From an uncultured Paludibacter sp. (GTDB lineage: Bacteria; Bacteroidota; Bacteroidia; Bacteroidales; Paludibacteraceae), in assembly GCA_964634605.1 (NCBI GenBank), contig CAZWLJ010000005.1:27568-91567 (forward strand): DNA of 64,000 nucleotides, in the 5' to 3' direction. How positions within the stretch are numbered: the stretch's first letter is position 1; each line of letters opens with the position of its first letter. A model generated the notes under the pieces. It made no database searches. It was not told where the DNA came from and saw only the letters and a program-made list of their open reading frames with translations. Positions 46,688 through 56,232 of this stretch are shown here, piece after piece. The position numbers and the translations under genes were made by a program.

Positions 46688-48934
46688 TTACCAGACCACT
46701 ATTTCATCTACAAACACCCAGCCGCCCTTAATCCCGTTCGGAAGTGCCTGATAGCGGATGTACTGTGTTCTGGTGTTGCCGCTCCAGCCGAAATTATGGA
46801 AAAGTGTTCCCGTTGTTTTTTCGTCGTAAGGTGATGTTACACGGGCTATTTCCCTGAAATTCAAGGCATCGTCCGACACAGAAATAACCACTTCTTTCGG
46901 GAAATAAATCCATGGTCCTGCAGCATGCATGAACCGGGCTGTAATCATTTTAATGTCTGTTGGATTGCCCAGATTTATCGTTACATCCATTCCGTTGGTC
47001 ATAAATCCCTGCCAGCGTCCGTCGCCGTGCGAAAGCCCGCCCGTTTCACCGTTTATCAGCGTTTTTTCTCCGGCTGCTGGGTAATATTTATTTATCGGAA
47101 TGTTGTAAATAACCTTTTTATCTATTCCCAAATGATAATCAAACCTGTTGTTTATCGGTTTTCCGATGGCTTTGTGTCCTTCGAAAAGCTGAGCTGAAAT
47201 TTTTGCGCTGTCTTTCACCAAAACAGGAGAGCTGTAAATCGTTGATTTTCCGGTAGGCAAGCTTCCATCCGTAGTGTAGCGAATATCCATGCCGTATTTT
47301 TCGGTAGAAAGTTCCACCTGGATGGCCTTTTTAGCTGTATCCACTTTATGCGCAAAAGCCACTTCGTCCGAAAGCGTAAAAGTTTTGATGCCCCGTTTTT
47401 GCAAATAAGGGATTTTCAGATTTGCCCGACGCCTAAAATCGTTCCATTCCCTGTTCTGCAGGTTTGTCCACGCCACTTCCGAAAGCGCCAGTACACGCGG
47501 ATAAAGCATGTAGTCGGCATGTTTTTCGGATGAAATATATTCAGTCCAGAGATTGGACTGCACGCCGAGAATATGCCGTTCTTCCTGCTCAGTTAATTCT
47601 TTGGGAACAGGATTGAAACTATACACTTTTTCCAGCGGAAGAAAACCGCCGATGGCTTCGGGTTGTGTGCCGGGATTAGCCTGATAGCTGTCCAGATACA
47701 TAAATTCACCCGGTGTCATAATGGCATCGTGTCCGCTTTTGACTGCATTTATGCCACCCGCTTCGCCTCGCCACGACATTACTGTGGCATCCGGTGCAAG
47801 TCCGCCTTCCAGAATTTCATCCCAGCCTAGCAGTCTGCGTCCTTTATTATTCAGAAATTTCTCAATCCGGCGAACCAGGTAACTTTGCAGTTCGTCCACA
47901 TCTTTCAGGTTTTCTTTTTTCATCCGTTCCCGGCATTTGGGGCACTGTTTCCAGTGACTTTTATCAGCTTCATCGCCGCCGATGTGGATGTATTCCGAAG
48001 GGAATATCGCGATAATTTCTTTCAGTACGTTTTCGAGAAATTTGAATGTTTCTTCATTTCCCACGCAAAATTCACTTTGGGTATAAGGTTTTCCCGAGCA
48101 AGCCAGGTGTGGATATACTGCCAGCACCTCTTCCGAGTGACCGGGCATTTCGATTTCGGGAATTACTGTTATGTGCCTTTCGGCGGCGTATCTTACTATT
48201 TCACGGGCTTCATCCTGGGTGTAAAATCCGCCGTAAGCTTTCTCACCGCTGCGAATATCAATGTATTTTCGCGGGTTGGAAGCCCACCAGTCTTTCCATT
48301 TTTCGTGTGTGCGCCATGCTGCAACCTGTGTGAGCAGCGGATATTTCTTAATCTCCAGCCGCCAGCCCGGTCCATCGGTAAAATGCCAGTGGAAATGATT
48401 GATTTTCAGGTGAGCCATCATGTCGATGTGTTTTTTCAGAAAATCAACGGAATAAAAATGACGGCTCACGTCGATATGCACGCCCCGATAGCCGAAACGG
48501 GGATAATCGGAAATCGTTACAGCGGGAACTTTTTGGCCGGAAATCAGCTGTAGCAATGTCTGGATTCCGTAAAAGACTCCGGTTTCTGCTTTGGCAGTGA
48601 TTTTTATTTCATTGGATGAAACGACAAGCTGATACGCTTCTCCGGACCGGAATGCCTGCGAATTTTTATCCACCTCCAGAACAATTATTGATTGTGCGGT
48701 GTGTTTGTTCCCCACCGAAAATCCGGCTCCTGTCAGGTAATTGGTAAACCGGTGTTTTGACTTTTTTTTAATATTAACGAATTGTATTTCAGCAATATCC
48801 GAAAGATTATATTCGCCGATTCCTGCCTGAATACTGTTCGGTTGAGGAATGATATTGTATTGTGCAAAAACAAGCGGACTGCCGGTAATCAAAAACGAGC
48901 AGATTAGCCAGAGGTGTTTTAGTTGAAGTTTCAT
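46688..48934 (-). CDS. GH20 beta-N-acetylhexosaminidase with a C-terminal discoidin (F5/8 type C)-like domain
   Basis: 748 aa with a signal peptide. Motifs are NHFHWHFTDGPGWR and HIGGDE. The C-terminal ~150 aa look like a beta-sandwich. Confidence 0.9.
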   Translation of the reverse strand: MKLQLKHLWLICSFLITGSPLVFAQYNIIPQPNSIQAGIGEYNLSDIAEIQFVNIKKKSKHRFTNYLTGAGFSVGNKHTAQSIIVLEVDKNSQAFRSGEAYQLVVSSNEIKITAKAETGVFYGIQTLLQLISGQKVPAVTISDYPRFGYRGVHIDVSRHFYSVDFLKKHIDMMAHLKINHFHWHFTDGPGWRLEIKKYPLLTQVAAWRTHEKWKDWWASNPRKYIDIRSGEKAYGGFYTQDEAREIVRYAAERHITVIPEIEMPGHSEEVLAVYPHLACSGKPYTQSEFCVGNEETFKFLENVLKEIIAIFPSEYIHIGGDEADKSHWKQCPKCRERMKKENLKDVDELQSYLVRRIEKFLNNKGRRLLGWDEILEGGLAPDATVMSWRGEAGGINAVKSGHDAIMTPGEFMYLDSYQANPGTQPEAIGGFLPLEKVYSFNPVPKELTEQEERHILGVQSNLWTEYISSEKHADYMLYPRVLALSEVAWTNLQNREWNDFRRRANLKIPYLQKRGIKTFTLSDEVAFAHKVDTAKKAIQVELSTEKYGMDIRYTTDGSLPTGKSTIYSSPVLVKDSAKISAQLFEGHKAIGKPINNRFDYHLGIDKKVIYNIPINKYYPAAGEKTLINGETGGLSHGDGRWQGFMTNGMDVTINLGNPTDIKMITARFMHAAGPWIYFPKEVVISVSDDALNFREIARVTSPYDEKTTGTLFHNFGWSGNTRTQYIRYQALPNGIKGGWVFVDEIVVW

Positions 48935-48967
48935 GATTGTGCCGGGACTAAAGTAAATACAAAACGA

Positions 48968-49078
48968 CTCCTAAGCCCTGAAGGGGAACTTTTGGCTGTT
49001 ATACCAATTAGTCAATTGTCCATTTCAGCCAGCCACTTATCATTTGCAGAACGTAAATTTCCCTTCTGAGGTCAGAGG
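48968..49078. repeat. Inverted pair of C-run palindromic units (locus B)
   Basis: CTCCTAAGCCCTGAAGGGGAA (48968-48988) and the reverse complement of 49058-49078 (CCTCTGACCTCAGAAGGGAAA). Both align without gaps to the locus A units. Confidence 0.6.
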
Positions 49079-49080
49079 TT

Positions 49081-50103
49081 TTATTCCAGGGAGTTCCAGC
49101 CCTGAGCTTTAAGTGGTATTTCTCCACCATCACGTCCTGCAAGGCAGAGTCCGAGTTCCGGTTTGGTAATATGCCCCACGATGCCCACATCTTCGAGTGT
49201 AATTAGTTTTTCGTAATCGTCCAGTGAGCAGGTGAAAAGCAGTTCGTAATCTTCACCTCCGTTGAGAGCCGCCGTTACAATGTTCATGTTCAGTTCCTCA
49301 GCCATTTCGGCAGCCTGAATGTTGATGGGAATTTTATCTTCGAAAATCCGGCATCCCGTATTGCTTTGCGAACAGATATGAAACAATTCAGACGATAACC
49401 CGTCCGAAATATCCATCATGGAAGTAGGCTGAATACCTTTTGCAGCCAGTCTTTCAATAATATCCCTGCGGGCTTCGGGTTTAAGTATCCGTTGAAGTAT
49501 GTATTCTTTGCCGCCGAAATCGGGTTGTACATTTTCTGTTTGACCTTCGAAAACCAGTTTTTCGCGTTCAAGCAACTGAAGTCCCATGTAGGCTGAGCCC
49601 AGATTACCCGAAACACATATCAAATCGTTTTCTTTAGCGCCGTTGCGGTACGCAATTTTATCTTTTTCGCCTTCGCCAATGCATGTGATACTGATTGTTA
49701 AGCCTGTGAGCGAAGCCGACGTGTCGCCTCCCACCAGGTCCACACCGTAATTTTCACATGCCAGCAAAATGCCACTGTAGAGTTCTTCGAGATGTTCAAC
49801 CGTGAATCGTTTTGAAATACCGAGCGAAACAGTAATCTGCTTCGGCAGTCCGTTCATGGCGTATATGTCCGAAAAGTTAACAACTGCTGCCTTGTAGCCC
49901 AGATGCTTCAAAGGAGTATAAATCAGGTCGAAATGAATCCCCTCAAGCAGTAAATCGGTAGTAACGAGCACTTGTTTTTCACCGTAATGGAGTACAGCAG
50001 CATCATCGCCAACTCCCATGAGTGATGAGGTATTTTTCAGTTTTACCTTTTCGGTGAGGTGTTTTATCAGGCCGAATTCACCGTATTTCGAGATTTCTGT
50101 CAT
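49081..50103 (-). CDS. thiL: Thiamine-monophosphate kinase
   Basis: 340 aa AIR-synthase-like fold (GVGDDAAV, GGDTS). Confidence 0.9.
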   Translation of the reverse strand: MTEISKYGEFGLIKHLTEKVKLKNTSSLMGVGDDAAVLHYGEKQVLVTTDLLLEGIHFDLIYTPLKHLGYKAAVVNFSDIYAMNGLPKQITVSLGISKRFTVEHLEELYSGILLACENYGVDLVGGDTSASLTGLTISITCIGEGEKDKIAYRNGAKENDLICVSGNLGSAYMGLQLLEREKLVFEGQTENVQPDFGGKEYILQRILKPEARRDIIERLAAKGIQPTSMMDISDGLSSELFHICSQSNTGCRIFEDKIPINIQAAEMAEELNMNIVTAALNGGEDYELLFTCSLDDYEKLITLEDVGIVGHITKPELGLCLAGRDGGEIPLKAQGWNSLE

Positions 50104-50157
50104 AGTTGCCTTGGTTTGTCAGGAGAAAAATTTAATTTTAAAAAGTTGTACGTTCAA

Positions 50158-50616
50158 TCAACAACATTCAACCGGTATTTTATCAATCCTTTTCTGGTGT
50201 CTTCCTCCTTCAAAGTCGGTGGAGAAGAAAATATCGACCATTTTCAGCGCCGTTTCGTTGGTGATAAACCTGCCGGGCATCGAGAGGATGTTGGCATCGT
50301 TATGACGGCGGGCAAGGTCGGCAGTAGCTTCGTTCCAGCAGAGGGCAGCCCGTATTCCCTGATGTTTGTTCAGCGTGATGCTGATTCCGTTTCCGGTACC
50401 GCAAACCGACACGCCATAGTCAACTTCACCCTTTTCTACCGCAATTGCCATCGGATGGGCATAGTCCGGATAATCACAACTTTCAGCTGAAAAGCAACCG
50501 AAGTCTCTCACTTCCAGTGGATTTCTGGATTGCAGATGTTCAAGAATGATTTTTTTCATTTCATAGCCCGCGTGGTCCGAACACAGACCTATCCGCAGTT
50601 GATCGATGGATTTCAT
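50158..50616 (-). CDS. rpiB: Ribose-5-phosphate isomerase B
   Basis: 152 aa RpiB/LacAB family (GLCSDHAGY, CGTGNGISI). Confidence 0.92.
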   Translation of the reverse strand: MKSIDQLRIGLCSDHAGYEMKKIILEHLQSRNPLEVRDFGCFSAESCDYPDYAHPMAIAVEKGEVDYGVSVCGTGNGISITLNKHQGIRAALCWNEATADLARRHNDANILSMPGRFITNETALKMVDIFFSTDFEGGRHQKRIDKIPVECC

Positions 50617-50651
50617 ATTTTGTTCAGTGTTGAATTTGTATTTTGTTCAGT
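50617..50651. repeat. 12-nt direct repeat ATTTTGTTCAGT x2 filling the regulator-rpiB spacer
   Basis: Copies lie at 50617-50628 and 50640-50651. One abuts the rpiB start codon and the other abuts the upstream stop codon. Confidence 0.6.
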
Positions 50652-51803
50652 TTATGAAAATCGCTCTACGTCTTCTTTCGTGATTTTCTGATTTCCAAGT
50701 ATAATGAGTCGCTCAACTACGTTGCGCAATTCGCGTATATTTCCGGGCCAGGTGCGTTCCTGCAATGACCTGATGGCTTTCGGATCGAAGGATTTCAACT
50801 GTATGCCCTGTTCGTTGCAAATCTGATTGGTGAAAAATTCGACAAGCAGCGGAATGTCTTCTTTGCGCTGGTCGAGCGACGGCACGTGGATCGGGATCAC
50901 ATTGAGCCGATGGTAAAGGTCTTCGCGGAAATTTCCTCTTTCTATTTCCGCTTTCAGGTTTTTATTGGTGGCAGCAAATACGCGTACATTTATCCTGATT
51001 ACCTTGTCGCTTCCCACGCGCGAAATTTCATTTTCCTGCAGTGCCCGGAGCACTTTTGTTTGTGCCGAGAGGCTCATATCGCCTATCTCGTCCAGAAAAA
51101 TGGTTCCATTGTCGGCTTGCTCAAACTTACCGATGCGCTGTTTGTGAGCGGAGGTGAACGAGCCTTTTTCATGTCCGAATAGTTCACTTTCAATCAGTTC
51201 GGAGGGAATTGCCGCGCAATTGACTTCCACGAATGGGAACTGCGACCGGTTGCTGTTCTCATACAGCAAACGCGCCACCACTTCTTTCCCGGTGCCGTTA
51301 TCGCCCGTAATCATTACCCGGGCATCGGTAGGAGCTACCTTACCGATCATCTCACGCACCCGTTCGATGGCTTCAGATTTTCCGATCATCATGTTTTTTG
51401 AAGCCACTTTTTTCTTAAGAGTTTTAGTTTCGGTCACCAGCGTATTTTTATCGAGCGCGTTGCGTACGGTCACCAGCATGCGGTTGAGGTCAATGGGCTT
51501 TTCGATAAAGTCAAAAGCGCCTTTTTTGATGCATTCCACTGCTGTACCGATATTCCCGTGTCCCGAAATCATCACTACAGGTACATCCACTTCTTTTTCC
51601 TGAAGCTGGTCCAGCAGTTCCATCCCGTCCATTTCGGGCATTTTGATATCTGAAAAAATCAGATCGAATTCATCGTTAATAGCTGTATCCAGCCCAACCC
51701 GACCGTTTTCGGCCAGTACCACTTTATGTTTTTCAAACTCCAGAATGTCTTTCATCGTATTCCGGATGCTTCGTTCATCGTCAATTACCAGTATTTTTGC
51801 CAT
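50652..51803 (-). CDS. Sigma-54-dependent response regulator (receiver + AAA+), no DNA-binding domain
   Basis: 383 aa. It has a receiver domain (ILVIDDE...DIKMPEMDG), Walker A (GDNGTGKE) and a GAFTGA-loop variant (GHEKGSFTSA). The protein ends 26 aa after GNIRELRN. Confidence 0.9.
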   Translation of the reverse strand: MAKILVIDDERSIRNTMKDILEFEKHKVVLAENGRVGLDTAINDEFDLIFSDIKMPEMDGMELLDQLQEKEVDVPVVMISGHGNIGTAVECIKKGAFDFIEKPIDLNRMLVTVRNALDKNTLVTETKTLKKKVASKNMMIGKSEAIERVREMIGKVAPTDARVMITGDNGTGKEVVARLLYENSNRSQFPFVEVNCAAIPSELIESELFGHEKGSFTSAHKQRIGKFEQADNGTIFLDEIGDMSLSAQTKVLRALQENEISRVGSDKVIRINVRVFAATNKNLKAEIERGNFREDLYHRLNVIPIHVPSLDQRKEDIPLLVEFFTNQICNEQGIQLKSFDPKAIRSLQERTWPGNIRELRNVVERLIILGNQKITKEDVERFS

Positions 51804-51902
51804 AAAATTTTACCCTGAATCTCTAAAAGAGAACTTTTTAAAAGTTACAATGTATAAAATGCTTTCAATCTTTATTCATTATTATCAAAACAGCACAAAA
51901 AA

Positions 51903-51968
51903 AATTCGCTCAATTGGTGTAATTCGTAATAATTCGCGTAATTCGTAATAATTCGCGTAATTCGTAAT
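51903..51968. repeat. Phased AATTCG array, including 2.6 copies of the 19-mer GTAATTCGTAATAATTCGC
   Basis: AATTCG (one copy is AATTGG) starts at 51903, 51912, 51921, 51931, 51940, 51950 and 51959. The array ends at the purD stop codon. Confidence 0.8.
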
Positions 51969-53237
51969 CTACAGATCAAACCCGATATCTTTTCTGAAGT
52001 ATTTTCCATCAAAATCAATCAGTGCTGCATTTCCGAATGAAACAGCCAGCGCTTCGTCTTTGTTTTTGCCGTATGAACTTACTGCAATCACTCTTCCGCC
52101 GCTGGTCACCACGTTACCGTCCTGTTCTTTTGTTCCGGCGTGAAACACGATGCTTCCTGTCACTTTCTCCAGTCCGGTAATGATTTTCCCTTTTTCATAT
52201 TTTTCAGGATATCCGCCCGAGACAAGCATCACTGTAACAGCCGAACGCTCGTCAAATTCCACTGTTTTCTTGTCTAAATTCCCTTCCGCAACGCCTTCCA
52301 ATAAATCCACCAGGTCCGATTTCAGCCGCAGCATCACCACCTCGGTCTCCGGATCGCCCATACGGGCATTGTATTCTATCAGGTAAGGTTCGTCGTTCAC
52401 CTTTATCAGTCCGAAAAAGATAAAGCCTTTATAGGTTATTCCGTCTTTTTGCAGTCCATCAATGGTCGGCTTTATAATCCGCTCTTCCACTTTTTGCATA
52501 TAAGCTTTATCGGCAAATGATACGGGCGAAACAGCTCCCATTCCGCCGGTATTCAGCCCTGTATCGCCTTCTCCTATTCGTTTGTAGTCTTTCGCTTCGG
52601 GCAGAATCCGGTAGTTTTTTCCATCCGTAATCACAAAAACCGAGCATTCAATTCCTGACAAAAATTCTTCAATCACTACCGTATTGCCTGCTTTCCCGAA
52701 TTTTCCGCCCAGCATATTGTCCAGTTCGCTTACAGCTTCGTCCAAATCATTGATTATCAATACGCCTTTTCCGGCAGCTAATCCGTCTGCTTTCAGTACA
52801 TAAGGCGGATTTAGTGTTTTCAGAAAATCAACGCCTTCACTTGTGTTTCTTTTCGAAACGCTGAAATACCTTGCAGTCGGGATGTTGTGTCTGATCATGA
52901 ATTTTTTTGAAAAATCCTTGCTTCCTTCCAGTTGTGCTGCTTCTCTATTAGGTCCTACAACGGGAATGTCTTTCAGTTCACCGTCATTCCCGAAAAAATC
53001 GGTGATTCCATTTACCAGCGGATCTTCAGGGCCAACCACAACCAGATTGATCGAATTGTCAATAACAGCTTTTTTCACAGCCTGAAAATCCGAAACGCTG
53101 ATATTGAGATTTGTGCCGGCGGCAGAGGTTCCCGCGTTTCCGGGTGCGATAAAAAGGTTTGAAAGTTTCGGACTTTGTGCTATTTTCCAAGCTAATGCAT
53201 GTTCGCGCCCTCCGGAACCGATAAGTAGGATATTCAT
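51969..53237 (-). CDS. purD: Phosphoribosylamine-glycine ligase
   Basis: 422 aa, starting [18 protein letters not shown], with an ATP-grasp core. Confidence 0.96.
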   Translation of the reverse strand: MNILLIGSGGREHALAWKIAQSPKLSNLFIAPGNAGTSAAGTNLNISVSDFQAVKKAVIDNSINLVVVGPEDPLVNGITDFFGNDGELKDIPVVGPNREAAQLEGSKDFSKKFMIRHNIPTARYFSVSKRNTSEGVDFLKTLNPPYVLKADGLAAGKGVLIINDLDEAVSELDNMLGGKFGKAGNTVVIEEFLSGIECSVFVITDGKNYRILPEAKDYKRIGEGDTGLNTGGMGAVSPVSFADKAYMQKVEERIIKPTIDGLQKDGITYKGFIFFGLIKVNDEPYLIEYNARMGDPETEVVMLRLKSDLVDLLEGVAEGNLDKKTVEFDERSAVTVMLVSGGYPEKYEKGKIITGLEKVTGSIVFHAGTKEQDGNVVTSGGRVIAVSSYGKNKDEALAVSFGNAALIDFDGKYFRKDIGFDL

Positions 53238-53269
53238 TTTTTTTTTGACTATTAACTATATACTGTTAA

Positions 53270-54508
53270 CTAATTTTCCCACACCAGATAAGCTGATACG
53301 AGCCAGTGATTCAGCTCGTTTCCTGTCGAAGGCTGTGCTTCGGGTATGCTTATGGTAAGTGTGTGATTGCCCGGAATGATGTTTTTAAGCGGTATTTCCA
53401 CCGGAGGCACATCACTTCCCGGGCACCAGTTGGAGCGCGACAAATCGGAGGAACCAAGAGGTTCTTCTATCTCTTTTTCAGCTCTGCCATCGCGCGAAAT
53501 GTATGCTATGGTTCTTTTTTTCAGCCATACTCCGGTAGAGGGATTGTAGCGGCGGAACGAAGCACAATCGGTTCTCCAGGGAATAAAGCGGAATATTTCC
53601 TTACCATCAACCGATAGAATGTTTTCTTTCTGAACAAATTCATCGCCTCCGGAGTGTCCTCCATGACCTGTTGTGATGTATTTCAGGCGAACATTTTTCG
53701 AGTTTTTCGGAATTGTAAACGGAATTGAAACATTTTTCCGTGCAAAAATATCGGGAATGGACTGACCCAGATAGAAAACCGTATTCAAGAGTGGCTCAGC
53801 ATGCTTTTTCGGCATTTTATCCTGCCTGATTTTGCTTTGTACAAAGTCAAGTTCCAGACTCACGTTGTAGCCTTTTTCTGTCCATGTATCCACATAAATT
53901 CCCACATACACTTCTCCTGTAAGCATGGATATCAGATCGCTCACATCCTGTTTCCAAATCACCTCTTTGGCCCATCCGTCGATGTAAACGGGCATTCTTT
54001 TTGCTGAAACACTATCGTTGGCACTACTGAAATAGCCAACTCCGAATGGTGTCATGAAACGCATCAGTTCTGCTGTCGGTTTATAATCGATTCCGGGAAC
54101 AATTCCCGAAAGTTTTTCGTATTTCGTGCTGTCAGGTGCGGGATATTTTTTCTCTCCGGATGCAATATTCATCATGTTAATAGCCGATTCACGGGGAATA
54201 ATGAAACACGAACCGGATTTATCCCACGGGTCTCCGTTTGACGTAAGAGTAATTTTTACGTCAACTTTCGTGTTACGTTTAAAAGTAGGTATTTCAATTT
54301 TTCTGATGGCAATCCGTCCGTTTGCAAGACGGATAATTCCGTCAGCTTCATTGTAGCCATCGGGTATTTTTCCCGGATTGAACTGAATATTCACTTGGTC
54401 GAAAACAAGCTTTTTTAAATTGCCGCTGGCGGGTACCGTCTTGCTGAAGCAGGCAGCAAAGGTGAAAACGAAAACTGAAAGTAAAAAGATTCTTTTTGTG
54501 AAAGTCAT
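53270..54508 (-). CDS. PNGase F-like (peptide-N-glycosidase F-related) secreted protein
   Basis: 412 aa with a signal/lipobox (FTFAAC). From memory, GDPWDKSG resembles PNGase [20 protein letters not shown] resembles its GWGH...CAEW region, and [11 protein letters not shown] resembles AGWCPGMAVP. Confidence 0.55.
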   Translation of the reverse strand: MTFTKRIFLLSVFVFTFAACFSKTVPASGNLKKLVFDQVNIQFNPGKIPDGYNEADGIIRLANGRIAIRKIEIPTFKRNTKVDVKITLTSNGDPWDKSGSCFIIPRESAINMMNIASGEKKYPAPDSTKYEKLSGIVPGIDYKPTAELMRFMTPFGVGYFSSANDSVSAKRMPVYIDGWAKEVIWKQDVSDLISMLTGEVYVGIYVDTWTEKGYNVSLELDFVQSKIRQDKMPKKHAEPLLNTVFYLGQSIPDIFARKNVSIPFTIPKNSKNVRLKYITTGHGGHSGGDEFVQKENILSVDGKEIFRFIPWRTDCASFRRYNPSTGVWLKKRTIAYISRDGRAEKEIEEPLGSSDLSRSNWCPGSDVPPVEIPLKNIIPGNHTLTISIPEAQPSTGNELNHWLVSAYLVWEN

Positions 54509-54523
54509 AGCGAATACAAATGT

Positions 54524-55312
54524 TTATTTAACATCTTTCATTTCTTCCGACAGGAAATGTTCCAGTTCTTCAGGCTTTACATTGATTGTGAGTTTTCCGT
54601 TCACTGCCCACGATATATGGCCGGTTTCTTCAGATATCACGATGGCGATTGCGTCCGACTGTTCGGTAATGCCCAGCGCCGAGCGATGCCTCAATCCCAG
54701 TCTTTTAGGGATGTTCTGGTTACTCGAAACGGGCAGGATGCAGGCAGCAGCCGTCAGTCTCCGGTTTGAAATGATCAAAGCACCGTCGTGCAACGGGCTG
54801 TTTTTGAAGAAAATATTTTCGATAAGCCGCGAGCTGATTCGTGAGTCCACGTTTTCGCCGGTTTGGGTAAAAAACATCAGGTCGTTTTCGCGTGTCAGAA
54901 CAATGAGGCCTCCGGTAGCGGTTTTTGAAAGATTACGGCAGGCAAGTACAATCTGAATCAGGTCGTAATCGGTTTTTGTCTGCTCATTTTCTGTGGTTTT
55001 GAAGAATCTTTTAAAATAATTCAGCACACCCCAGTTTTTGCTCGACCCGATTCTTGAGAAAAAACGTTTAATTTCAGTTTGAAAGAGTACGATTAGTGCA
55101 AAAGCACCCACGTTGATTATTGCATCGAAAATTCCGCCGAGCAGTTCCATTTTCAGTACCTGCGATACAACAAACCATACAATGACAAAGGTCATCACAC
55201 CGACAAAAACGGTAGATGCACCGGATCGTTTCAAAACCTTGAATGTGCCGTAAAGCAGAAAAGCGGTTAAGATGATATCAATAATGTCTTTTAATCCGAT
55301 ATTAAATGCCAT
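54524..55312 (-). CDS. cdaA: Diadenylate cyclase, CdaA type
   Basis: 262 aa with three N-terminal TM helices and a DAC domain (DGALII, RHRSALGITEQSDAIAIVISEETG). Confidence 0.88.
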   Translation of the reverse strand: MAFNIGLKDIIDIILTAFLLYGTFKVLKRSGASTVFVGVMTFVIVWFVVSQVLKMELLGGIFDAIINVGAFALIVLFQTEIKRFFSRIGSSKNWGVLNYFKRFFKTTENEQTKTDYDLIQIVLACRNLSKTATGGLIVLTRENDLMFFTQTGENVDSRISSRLIENIFFKNSPLHDGALIISNRRLTAAACILPVSSNQNIPKRLGLRHRSALGITEQSDAIAIVISEETGHISWAVNGKLTINVKPEELEHFLSEEMKDVK

Positions 55313-55319
55313 CTGCTTT

Positions 55320-56180
55320 TCAGGTTAAATATTGGGAATGGGTATATTTTTCATAAATTTTCACGGTTTCCACTGCCTCTTTCACATCGTGAACACGCAG
55401 GATGTTTGCTCCGTTAAGCAATCCGAGCATATTCAGCGCAGTTGTTCCGTTGAGCGCTTCTTCGGGAGTGGAATCCAGTAGCCTGTATATCATCGATTTA
55501 CGTGATATCCCATACAGTAAAGGCAGTTCCAGTTGCTTAAAAAAGCTCATCTTGGCAAGCAGTTCATAATTCTGATCGAGTGTTTTTGCAAAACCAAATC
55601 CGGGATCGATAATGATGTCTTTTGCTCCCAGATGTACCAGACGGGCAATTCTTTTGGAGAAAAAATCGAGCATCTCTGCCAGCAAATGATCGTATTGAGT
55701 CATTTCCTGCATGGTTTGAGGGGTACCCCGCATGTGCGTAAGAATGTATGCCACGCCTGTATCGGCTACTGTCTCAAACATGAAATCGTCCAGCGTGCCT
55801 CCGCTTATATCATTGATTATCCGCGCGTTGCATTCTTCTGCTGCCCAGCGTGCCACACCTGACCGGAATGTGTCCACCGAAATGACAGCTTCCGGAAAAC
55901 GTTTCCGGATAGATTTCAGCGGATCACGCAATCTTTCCATTTCCTCCTGCTCGGAGATGTGCCGGGCTCCGGGCCGTGTGGAATAAGCTCCGACATCAAT
56001 TATCTGAGCTCCTTCCTTCATAGCATTTTCCACACGATTCAGCACATCCTTTTCACTGAACAATCTGCTCAGACTGTAAAATGAATCGGAGGTCACATTT
56101 ACAATGGCCATCACTGCCGGTACCGAAAGATCAAACAACTTACCGCCCAGATTTATTTCAAAAGGGATGGAACTCATCAT
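55320..56180 (-). CDS. folP: Dihydropteroate synthase
   Basis: Pterin-binding motifs are AIVNVTSDSFY, IIDVGAYSTRPG and DPGFGF. I trimmed the start to the ATG at 56180, because a -7 box lies inside the longer ORF. Confidence 0.9.
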   Translation of the reverse strand: MMSSIPFEINLGGKLFDLSVPAVMAIVNVTSDSFYSLSRLFSEKDVLNRVENAMKEGAQIIDVGAYSTRPGARHISEQEEMERLRDPLKSIRKRFPEAVISVDTFRSGVARWAAEECNARIINDISGGTLDDFMFETVADTGVAYILTHMRGTPQTMQEMTQYDHLLAEMLDFFSKRIARLVHLGAKDIIIDPGFGFAKTLDQNYELLAKMSFFKQLELPLLYGISRKSMIYRLLDSTPEEALNGTTALNMLGLLNGANILRVHDVKEAVETVKIYEKYTHSQYLT

Positions 56181-56232
56181 GATGATAAAATATGTTTGAG
56201 AAAAATGCGTTACACCTTTGATTAAGTTTCCA

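Noticed and set aside
47885-48553. 222-aa ORF on the plus strand
   Set aside because: It lies entirely antisense within the GH20 hexosaminidase gene. It has no motifs, signal peptide or promoter.
51919-51968. Tandem 19-mers considered as a mini CRISPR array
   Set aside because: The repeats are contiguous with no spacers, the unit is too short, and there are no cas genes.
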